From: Ktedonobacteraceae bacterium
GTDB taxonomy: Bacteria; Chloroflexota; Ktedonobacteria; Ktedonobacterales; Ktedonobacteraceae
Length of the DNA stretch: 64,000 nucleotides
Direction of reading: 5' to 3'
NCBI GenBank assembly: GCA_034438135.1
Contig: DAOTTL010000166.1
Location: 13,264 to 77,263 of the forward strand
The notes below the pieces were generated by a model that had not been told where the DNA came from, searched no databases, and worked only from the letters and a program-made list of their open reading frames with translations. Made by a program: the position numbers and the translations under genes. Numbering within the stretch: position 1 is the stretch's first letter; every line of letters starts with the position of its first letter. Shown in pieces: positions 1-7,530 of the stretch.

Positions 1-751
1 CCGGTTCCGGTAGTGGAGAGGGTTGCTCAGCCGCGAATGCCGTATAGAGAGCTGAAAGTTCGCGTATGAGCAGGCTTAGCGACCAGCCATCGCAAACAAT
101 GTGGTGAAGGCTCAGGTGTAACAGATGTTCCGCCGGATTTAAAATAAAGACCATTGCGCGGATCAGCGATCCCTGAGCAAGATTGAAGGGACACAGCGTT
201 TCCTCTTTGATGAGTGTCTGAGCTTCTCTTGCCTGTTGTTCGTGAGGCAGGTCACTCATGTCTATTATAGGAACATGCAGTGCCATTTCGGGAGCGATGT
301 GCTGACCCGGTTCTCCATGAGTAACCGTGTAGGATGTGCGCAAAACCTCGTGTCGTCGCACGCATTCATTGAGACTTTGCAGGAGGGCGTTGATACGTAA
401 GGGTCCGTTCAGTTTGAGTGAGAGCGAGATCGTATAGAAGGGGTTGCCAGGTTCCAGACGATCGAGAAACCAGAGGCGTTGTTGCGCAAAGGAGAGTGGA
501 TACGCCTCGCCAGGAGCCAGGTGAGCGTCTCGACTGATGGGTGGCGGTAACAGCAATGGCTGCGCCTGGGGTACCGTTCGGGCATTTGCCTGCTGTAAAA
601 GCTCGACAAGCTCCGCCTTTCTGGCCACCAGTTCGGCACGCAGGTCGGGTGTGAGAACTCCCTTCGGACTGGTATAGCGCAGGCGGTTCCCCTCTGCCCA
701 GAGTTCTACTCCCAGACTTTGCACGTACTCAAGTAATGCGTTTGTGGTCAT
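1..751 (-). CDS. Non-ribosomal peptide synthetase, N-terminal part only (runs off the left edge): TubC-type N-terminal docking domain followed by a condensation (C) domain
   Basis: Absent from the supplied ORF track because it has no stop in the window. Reverse-complementing from the ATG at 751..749 gives MTTNALLEYVQSLGVELWAEGNRLRYTSPKGVLTPDLRAELVARKAELVELLQQ... This is followed by the C1 motif LSFAQQRLWFLDRLEPGNPFYT and the C3 motif HHIVCDGWS (about nt 80-106). The frame stays open to nt 2. The ATG overlaps the TGA of the upstream NRPS (ATGA at 748-751). The listed ORF 409..639(-) lies in a different frame and is a shadow ORF. Confidence 0.88.
   Translation of the reverse strand, partial: MTTNALLEYVQSLGVELWAEGNRLRYTSPKGVLTPDLRAELVARKAELVELLQQANARTVPQAQPLLLPPPISRDAHLAPGEAYPLSFAQQRLWFLDRLEPGNPFYTISLSLKLNGPLRINALLQSLNECVRRHEVLRTSYTVTHGEPGQHIAPEMALHVPIIDMSDLPHEQQAREAQTLIKEETLCPFNLAQGSLIRAMVFILNPAEHLLHLSLHHIVCDGWSLSLLIRELSALYTAFAAEQPSPLPEP
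596..751 (-). other. TubC-type (beta-hairpin) N-terminal NRPS docking domain
   Basis: The sequence LLEYVQSLGVELWAEGNRLRYTSPKGVLTPDLRAELVARKAELVELL matches the G(V)xLWxEGxxLRYxAPxGxLTPELRxxLxxxKxEL pattern of the TubC N-terminal docking fold. The upstream protein ends in an acidic peptide, ASDDYEEGEL, as expected for its partner. Confidence 0.75.
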
Positions 752-3700
752 AGTTCTCCCTCTTCATAATCATCGGATGCAGCTCTCATTTCATGGGATA
801 AAGACGCCGTCGTTCGTGTTTGTTGTTGCGCGTGTTCATATGAGCGGGCGAGGCCAGCTATAGTAGGTGTGCGAAACACTTCAGCAATATCTGGCCTGGT
901 ATTGAGCTCGCTTTCGAGTTGGTTCATAATTCTGATTATATCGATTGAGTTTGCGCCAAGGTCGAGCAGGCTTTCTTCTGTGTCCAGGATCTCCATGCCC
1001 AGCACTCTGGTGACTACGCTGGCAATCTGTTTGCTGACCAGGGACGCTTCTTCAGTCTCGTGTACTGATCTGTCGAGGTCGGCGGCGGCTGGCAGTTCGG
1101 GTTCTGGGAGTGCTTTGCGATCAATTTTGCCATTGGCCGTCATTGGCAGCCGGTCCATGATTGTGAAGCTGGTTGGCAGCATGTAGGCGGGCAGCTTTGA
1201 GCGTACAAAGGAGCGCAGTTCGTCGGGATTGAGAGCCATGCCTGGAGTTGGAACGACGTAAGCCAGTAGACGCCGGTTGAACGGTGCTGTGCCCGCGACG
1301 GTTACTACGGTTCCCTGAATGGCGGGATGTTGCAGAAGCGTGGACTCGATTTCGCCTATCTCGATTCGGTAGCCCTGGATCTTGACCTGGAAATCTTCAC
1401 GGCCAAGGAACTCGATCGTGCCGTCAGGCAGATAGCGGCCAAGGTCGCCGGTCAGATAGAGCTGTTCTCCGGTGTGTGGATGTGTCATGAAGCTGGCATG
1501 TGTGCGTTCTTCGTCGCGCCAGTATCCCTTTGCCAGGCCGATGCCGCCTATGTATAGCTTTCCTGGCACCCAGACAGGGCACGGTTCCAGCGTTTCATTG
1601 AGGACATGAAACTGTTGATTATACATAGGTCGTCCGTAGGGAATGCTGTGCCAGGTGGGATCGATGGTTGTGATTGGATAGAGGATGGACCAGATAGAGG
1701 CCTCGGTAGCTCCACCAAGACTGACCACCTGTGTATCTTTGCTATATGCTTTAATCTGCTCTGGCAGGGTCAGTGGTATCCAATCGCCGCTGAGCATGAT
1801 CAGGCGCAATGCTTCAGGTCTTTTAGCGGGATGCAGTTGCAGATATTCCACCAGCATCCCTTGCAGCGCGGGTACCGAGTTCCAGAGCGTGATACGCTGC
1901 TGGAGCAGTAACTCGGTCCAATGAGCAGGCTCGCGTCTCCTCGCGGCTTCCGGGAAAACGATTGCGCCTCCCACCGCCAGCAGGCCAAAGATATCGTAGA
2001 CCGACAGGTCGAAGCTGAGCATGGAAAGGGCCAGCACGCGATCGTCAGGACCTACGTTGAAGCGTTGATTGATGTCAACGATGGTATTCAGTGCTCCCCG
2101 ATGATCGATCATAACGCCCTTGGGCTGACCTGTCGAGCCAGAGGTATAGATGACATACGCGAGATCTTCCGGTTCTTGTACTGGCTCTAAGGACAGCATG
2201 TCAGCCTCTGTAACAATCAGAGACTCGCTATCAACACAGTAGACCTGAACCTGTTCAGGCCATGACAGTGTTTCCACCAGCCAGGACTGGGTCAGTACAA
2301 AATGTACCTCGCCATGATGGAGCAGGTACCGCAAGCGTTCCTCTGGCAGGTCCGCGTCTATGGGCAGGTAGGCTGCCCCGGCTTTAAGGATGCCAAGCAC
2401 CGCCACAACCTGCTCCCAACCCTTCTCCATGACAACCGCGACCAGCGTGTTGGGGACAGCACCAGCCTCGCGCAACAGTCGCCCAACGCGATTGGAGGCG
2501 GAGTGCAACGTTTCATATGTCAGCGTAAGCGTGGGAGTAATGATCGCTGGCTGCTTGAGGGACGTGGCAACCTGCTGTTCAAACGCCTGATGCAGAAGAC
2601 CCTGTGGGACGGGTGCGTGAGTATCATTGACTCTTGCGCGTTGCTCAAGCTGCGCTGGTGGTAGCATCTGACGCGTGAGAGTCTGCCAGGCGTCCTCCGA
2701 GTTTGCCAGGCGTTGTAAGAAATGTTGATAGGCAGCAAACATATCGTCTAGCAGACCTGCTGGAAAGAGTTCGTCGATGACATCCCAATTGAAGATCAGT
2801 CTGCCGTTCTGCTCTCCCACTTGATGATCCAGCCAGACCTGCGGCGTCTGACTGATGCCGTAGACCATTTTGCCCAGAGGAGAAGGTTCCGCGCTGGCTT
2901 CAGGAGCTTTCTGAGTGAGCGTGCTGGTAAAGACGATCGGCATGACGGCACGCAATGGACCCTTGCGGACACGTTGGAGTTCGCGCAGCACGCGTACACC
3001 ACTGACATAGCGATGGTCCAGGTCTTGCCAGAGCTGTGCCTGCAAATCCCTGGCACGTTCCTCAAACGTTCCCGGCTGTGTATGATCAACCTCTAATAGC
3101 GTGAGTGAAGTGAAGTCGCCGATAAGCGCGTTTACTTCAGGGTGCAGAGGGAGACGATTGAAAAGGGTCAGATTGATCGTAAAGCGTGCACTCTTGCTCC
3201 AGCTTGTAAGTGTCTCCGCGAAGACAGCAAGCAAGAGCGCCGAGGGCGTCAAGCCTCTCCTGGCCGCACGGTCTTTCAGTTGTGACCAGACAGCGGGTTC
3301 CAGATGTGCTGCGCGACGTGTGAAATGTGGCTCTTTGAGGTCGGCAGGCTCTTGAATGAGCGGTAACTCTGGGGCCAGTGGTAGCGTATCAAGGCGTTGC
3401 CACCAGTAGTTTTGAGAACGTCGATATATCTCTGACTCGCGAAAGGCTCTCTCCGCCATCACATAGTCGCGGAAAGAGAGATGCAGTGCTGGCAGTTCAG
3501 TTTCAGGAGCGCGATAAAGCAGAGAAAGCTCATGCCCTAAGATCTGCCAGCTTCCGGCATCGATCATCAGAGCATCAGCGCTCAGATGCAGACGCACGCG
3601 CTGCTGATCGAGATATGTGGCACGCATATCGAAAAGCGGCCAGTGATCGGTTGCCAGCATTTGATGGGACATCTCCTGACGTACCCTTGCCAGGGCGTCT

Positions 3701-6700
3701 TCAACTTCCTGCGGTGACCTGTCTCGCAAGTCCAGCGTGGCGATCTTGTAGGATGGAACATGTGCCAGTGTGCTCTGTTGTCCGTCTGGCAGAACGATCG
3801 TGCGTAACATCGCGTGTCGCTCGATCAAACGTTGCCAGACCCGATTCAGACGTTCCACATCCAGCGCGATACTTTCCAGTTCGGCATAGAGATGGGTGGC
3901 CACATTTCCCAGTTCAAATGCGCCAGTTCTCCCAATCCAGTACGCCTGCTGGACATCGGTCAGAGGAAAAGGCTCGGTAACCTCATCCGGTTGTGGCGTG
4001 ATTACTGGCCAGGAGAGAGACGTTGGCACGGTTTCAGCGGCAGTGGTTTTAGATTGAGCGATGACCTGAGCCTGTTCAGCAATCGTTGGGGCCTCAAAGA
4101 GGCTGCGCAGTGGCAGTTCAACCTGGAACTCCTCACGCAGTCTATGCATCAATTGGATCGCCAGAAGTGAATGCCCGCCCAGCTCAAAGAAACTTTTGTT
4201 GCTGCCAACCTGTTCGCGTTTCAGAACTTCGCGCCAGACGCCAGCTAAGCGCTCCTCTACGTGGCTACGTGGCTCTTTTCTGAGCGTGATCTCTTCAACC
4301 TGTGGCTGAATGCTCTCTAACGCCAGCAACGCCAGACGATCGATCTTGCCGTTCGTCGTCAATGGCAAGGTTTCGACGATCATAAAGAGCGTGGGCACGC
4401 TGTACGCGGGGAGCAGCCTTTTGAGATAGCTGGACAACTCGTCGCCAGCGACTACCTGATGTAGTGCTGGAACGACATATGCGACGAGTCGTTGGTCACC
4501 GGGACCATCGTCTCGTGCCAGCACTACGGCATGGCTGACCATCTGGTGCTGCGTCAAAAGGGTTTCTATTTCTCCGGGTTCAATACGGTATCCCCGCAAC
4601 TTGATCTGCTCGTCGTTTCGACCAAGGTAGGTAAGGATACCATCGGGCAAGTAACGGACGACATCTCCCGTCTTGTAAAGAGTTTGACCAGGTTTAGAGC
4701 TAAACGGATCAGGTAGAAAACGTTCCGCCGTCAGGTCTGGACGCAAAGCATAGCCACGGGCCAGTCCATCGCCGCCAATATATAATTCGCCCGTGACGCC
4801 TGCTGGCACTGGTTGAAAGTGCGGATCGAGCACATAGAGACTGGTGTTAGCGATTGGCCGTCCAATCGGCACATTTGCCATTGGCAACGATGTGCGGGGA
4901 AGCTCATAGACGCAACAGCCAACCGTGGCCTCTGTGGGTCCGTATTCGTTAATCAGACGTGTTGCAGGGGCGTGTGCTTGCCAGCAAGAGAGCGTTTCGC
5001 CATGAAGGGCCTCACCTCCGAGGATCAGGACACCGGTACAGCCGTTCATATCCTCGCCTGAGAGTGTCTCGTTCAGTAGCTTCAGGTGTGTAGGTGTGAG
5101 CTTCAAAAAGTTGAGATTGCGCTGAGCGGGTAGCGCGTCGCTCAGGGTTATTGCCTGCTGATCTTCAGGCAGCAAGGTAACTGTCTGCCCATGAAGGAGC
5201 GGCAGAAAGAGGCTGGTGATCGTCAAATCAAAGCCGAGAGATGAATGTACCAGGGAACCCTGGCTGCCACTCGTTTCATATGTCTGGCGTCCCCAGTGCA
5301 GATAATTCACAAGGCTCTGATGAGTAATCATCACTCCTTTGGGCGTACCTGTGGAACCTGATGTGTAAATGATATATGCCAGATTGCGAGATGTGGCCAG
5401 GTGCTCAAGGTTCTTCTCGTGCTCCTGGTCGATCGTTTGCCAGATGTGTTCAAGCTCGATGACAGGCGGCATATGCCGGGCTGCTGACTCTTGATTCCAT
5501 CGTCCATGGTGGGTTATGAGTAAAGAAACGTCAGCGTTTTCTTGCATAAAGCTCAGACGTTCTCTGGGCAAGGAAGAGTCAAGGGGTACAAACGCTCCTC
5601 CAGCCTTCAAAACGCCAAGAATACTAATCATTGCCTCCAGCGAACGATCGACGCACAAGCCTACGGTCTTCTCTGGTCCAATCCCCAGACGTTGCAGATA
5701 ACGGGCCAGCTTATTCGCATGTCGATTCAGTTCGTCATAGGTAAGCGATGCATCCTGACAGGTAGCGGCGATAGCAGCGGGAGAGCGCTCTACCTGATCC
5801 TCAAAGAGGTGATGAAGACACTCCTGACCGGGATAGGATGCTGTGGTTGTGTTCCAGTCAACCAGGATCTGCCTTTGTTCGGACCCGGTAAGTAATGAGA
5901 GACGCGAGATACGCCGATCGGGCTGCGCCACCGCATCCGTGAGAAGTTGCTGATAGTGTCCCGCCATCCGTTCGATCGTGGCTCGTTCAAAGAGATCTGT
6001 GCGATACTCAATGGTTCCATGCAGTCCGTCGCTACTCTCTATGAGCGTTAGCGTTATATCAAACTTGGCCGTTCCATTATCGATCTCCTGGGTTTCGATC
6101 GTCAGCTCTGGAAGCGTTATCTCAGCGTGTGACGCGTTGCGCAGAATGAACATGACCTGGAAGAGAGGCGCGTGTGCAAGATTCCGCTCTGGTTGAAGAT
6201 CCTCTACCAGCTTCTCAAAGGGTAGTTCCTGATAGGTATAGGCTTCCAGGGTCGTTTTGCGCAAGCTCTGTAGAAACTCTAGAAACGTTGGATCACCAGA
6301 GAGCGAGCCGCGCAAGACCAGCATGTTAATGAAGCAACCAACAAGGCCCTCAATCTCGCTACGTGTGCGGTTAGCTATGGGCGTCCCTACAAGAATATCT
6401 TCCTGATGCGTATAGCGAAACAGAAGCACCTGAAAGGCGGCCAGCGTGGTCATAAAGAGCGTTACGTTTTCCCTATCGCTCAGCGTTTTTAGTTCCCTGG
6501 TCAGCGTTGCTGGCAGGGTAAAGTCGAAACGTGCTCCCTGCGGCGTGGCTATTGTGGGACGTGGATGATCGACGGGCAGCTCCAATGAGGAATCGATGCC
6601 TGCTAACTGTTGTCGCCAGTAGCGTAACTGTGCGTCCAGTGCTTCATCACGTAGCCTGCTGTTTTGCCAGAGGGTATAGTCAATATATTGGAGCGGCAAG

Positions 6701-7323
6701 ACAGGCAGTGACGGTGTTTGTCCCATCACGAAGGCTTTGTAGAGCGTGAAGAGTTCACGTACAAAGAGGCTCAGTGACCAGCCATCCGAGATGATATGAT
6801 GCATCGTTACCAATAGCGTCGAGTCGTTTGCTGCCTGACGGAGAAGGCGCACGCGCAAGAGGGGTCCACTGGTGAGATCAAAAGATTGCCTGGCCTCCGC
6901 TCGCGCAATCTGCTGGATCACTGCCTCGCGTTCGATCTCGCTTTCACCGTTGATCGTTTCAATAGCAATAACAGTGGATTGTGTTGGGAGAACGATCTGT
7001 ACCGGCTGTCCATCGCGAGTGGCAAAGATGGTACGCAAGCTTTCATGGCGCTCTACAAGATTAGTAAGTGCCTGCTCCAGCAGCTCCATCTGTAGCTCTC
7101 CATGCAACCTTACCACCAGAGGGATGTTATAGAGTGGGCTGCCAGGTTCCCATTGATCGAGAAACCAGAGACGTTGCTGCGCAAAGGAGAGAGGAAAGGC
7201 CTGCTTGTCTGACCGCGTTTGAGATGGGATCAGCGAGGCTTCACTTTTGCCGCGCTTGCGCCGCACGAGCAGATCAAGCTTCTCTGAAGAGAGATGTGTA
7301 ATCCGTTTGGCCGTCTCACTCAC
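748..7323 (-). CDS. NRPS, two modules: C-A-T-Cy-A-T (second module is a heterocyclization module)
   Basis: Motifs in order:
- C1 LSFAQQRLWFLDQ and C3 HHIISDGWS
- A3 LAYIIYTSGSTGTPKG, with A10 NGKIDR
- T FFELGGHSLLAIQ
- Cy start FPLTDVQQAYWIGR, with DALMID (DxxxxD, nt 3559-3576) replacing HHxxxDG
- A3 LAYVIYTSGSTGQPKG with SFDLSVYDIFG and SLGGATEASIWS
- T LLDLGANSIDI
- acidic C-terminal tail SDDYEEGEL

Hand-extracted specificity codes are DLTKIGEVGK (Asn-like) and DLYNMSLIWK (Cys-like).

The ORF-track start at 7473 adds 50 aa (MRECKGVQPLDWGLGLCPN...) that are the translation of a GC-rich repeat element. I place the start at the GTG at 7323. It is preceded by AAGAGGAAGGA with a 7-nt spacer. It gives MSETAKRITHLSSEKLDLLV, which parallels the N-termini of the other C-starting NRPS genes here. 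Confidence 0.93.
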   Translation of the reverse strand: MSETAKRITHLSSEKLDLLVRRKRGKSEASLIPSQTRSDKQAFPLSFAQQRLWFLDQWEPGSPLYNIPLVVRLHGELQMELLEQALTNLVERHESLRTIFATRDGQPVQIVLPTQSTVIAIETINGESEIEREAVIQQIARAEARQSFDLTSGPLLRVRLLRQAANDSTLLVTMHHIISDGWSLSLFVRELFTLYKAFVMGQTPSLPVLPLQYIDYTLWQNSRLRDEALDAQLRYWRQQLAGIDSSLELPVDHPRPTIATPQGARFDFTLPATLTRELKTLSDRENVTLFMTTLAAFQVLLFRYTHQEDILVGTPIANRTRSEIEGLVGCFINMLVLRGSLSGDPTFLEFLQSLRKTTLEAYTYQELPFEKLVEDLQPERNLAHAPLFQVMFILRNASHAEITLPELTIETQEIDNGTAKFDITLTLIESSDGLHGTIEYRTDLFERATIERMAGHYQQLLTDAVAQPDRRISRLSLLTGSEQRQILVDWNTTTASYPGQECLHHLFEDQVERSPAAIAATCQDASLTYDELNRHANKLARYLQRLGIGPEKTVGLCVDRSLEAMISILGVLKAGGAFVPLDSSLPRERLSFMQENADVSLLITHHGRWNQESAARHMPPVIELEHIWQTIDQEHEKNLEHLATSRNLAYIIYTSGSTGTPKGVMITHQSLVNYLHWGRQTYETSGSQGSLVHSSLGFDLTITSLFLPLLHGQTVTLLPEDQQAITLSDALPAQRNLNFLKLTPTHLKLLNETLSGEDMNGCTGVLILGGEALHGETLSCWQAHAPATRLINEYGPTEATVGCCVYELPRTSLPMANVPIGRPIANTSLYVLDPHFQPVPAGVTGELYIGGDGLARGYALRPDLTAERFLPDPFSSKPGQTLYKTGDVVRYLPDGILTYLGRNDEQIKLRGYRIEPGEIETLLTQHQMVSHAVVLARDDGPGDQRLVAYVVPALHQVVAGDELSSYLKRLLPAYSVPTLFMIVETLPLTTNGKIDRLALLALESIQPQVEEITLRKEPRSHVEERLAGVWREVLKREQVGSNKSFFELGGHSLLAIQLMHRLREEFQVELPLRSLFEAPTIAEQAQVIAQSKTTAAETVPTSLSWPVITPQPDEVTEPFPLTDVQQAYWIGRTGAFELGNVATHLYAELESIALDVERLNRVWQRLIERHAMLRTIVLPDGQQSTLAHVPSYKIATLDLRDRSPQEVEDALARVRQEMSHQMLATDHWPLFDMRATYLDQQRVRLHLSADALMIDAGSWQILGHELSLLYRAPETELPALHLSFRDYVMAERAFRESEIYRRSQNYWWQRLDTLPLAPELPLIQEPADLKEPHFTRRAAHLEPAVWSQLKDRAARRGLTPSALLLAVFAETLTSWSKSARFTINLTLFNRLPLHPEVNALIGDFTSLTLLEVDHTQPGTFEERARDLQAQLWQDLDHRYVSGVRVLRELQRVRKGPLRAVMPIVFTSTLTQKAPEASAEPSPLGKMVYGISQTPQVWLDHQVGEQNGRLIFNWDVIDELFPAGLLDDMFAAYQHFLQRLANSEDAWQTLTRQMLPPAQLEQRARVNDTHAPVPQGLLHQAFEQQVATSLKQPAIITPTLTLTYETLHSASNRVGRLLREAGAVPNTLVAVVMEKGWEQVVAVLGILKAGAAYLPIDADLPEERLRYLLHHGEVHFVLTQSWLVETLSWPEQVQVYCVDSESLIVTEADMLSLEPVQEPEDLAYVIYTSGSTGQPKGVMIDHRGALNTIVDINQRFNVGPDDRVLALSMLSFDLSVYDIFGLLAVGGAIVFPEAARRREPAHWTELLLQQRITLWNSVPALQGMLVEYLQLHPAKRPEALRLIMLSGDWIPLTLPEQIKAYSKDTQVVSLGGATEASIWSILYPITTIDPTWHSIPYGRPMYNQQFHVLNETLEPCPVWVPGKLYIGGIGLAKGYWRDEERTHASFMTHPHTGEQLYLTGDLGRYLPDGTIEFLGREDFQVKIQGYRIEIGEIESTLLQHPAIQGTVVTVAGTAPFNRRLLAYVVPTPGMALNPDELRSFVRSKLPAYMLPTSFTIMDRLPMTANGKIDRKALPEPELPAAADLDRSVHETEEASLVSKQIASVVTRVLGMEILDTEESLLDLGANSIDIIRIMNQLESELNTRPDIAEVFRTPTIAGLARSYEHAQQQTRTTASLSHEMRAASDDYEEGEL
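2660..3975 (-). other. Heterocyclization (Cy) domain (approximate bounds)
   Basis: The FPLTDVQQAYWIGR start lies at about 3935-3975. The DALMID (DxxxxD) motif at 3559-3576 replaces HHxxxDG. A Cys-type A domain follows. Confidence 0.85.
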
Positions 7324-7404
7324 TGTGGTATCCTTCCTCTTTCTTTGATCGATGGCTATAGCTCTGTCCAGCTTCACTTGAGAGATCACGCCCCTCTCGC
7401 CAGT

Positions 7405-7463
7405 GGGGGGGAAAGCGTTGGGGCACAGCCCCAGACCCCAGTCAAGGGGTTGCACCCCCTTGC
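7405..7463 (-). repeat. GC-rich G4/C4-run repeat element inside the PKS-NRPS intergenic spacer
   Basis: Its reverse complement, CAAGGGGGTGCAACCCCTTGACTGGGGTCTGGGGCTGTGCCCCAACGCTTTCCCCCC, aligns with 28134-28189. Confidence 0.65.
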
Positions 7464-7530
7464 ATTCCCGCATATCAATCTAAGCTTGACGGAGCACTAT
7501 CCTGATGCAGTTTTCCGTTCCTCGGTACTA

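Noticed and set aside
409-639. Listed 76-aa minus-strand ORF near the left edge
   Set aside because: It lies out of frame inside the longer unlisted NRPS reading frame (751 down to 2). That frame carries clear docking, C1 and HHxxxDG motifs, so this is a shadow ORF.
7324-7473. The 50-aa N-terminal extension of the NRPS ORF (MRECKGVQPLDWGLGLCPNAFPPTGERG...)
   Set aside because: It is the translation of a GC-rich repeat element and has no Shine-Dalgarno. The GTG at 7323 has a strong Shine-Dalgarno and gives an N-terminus homologous to the other NRPS N-termini.
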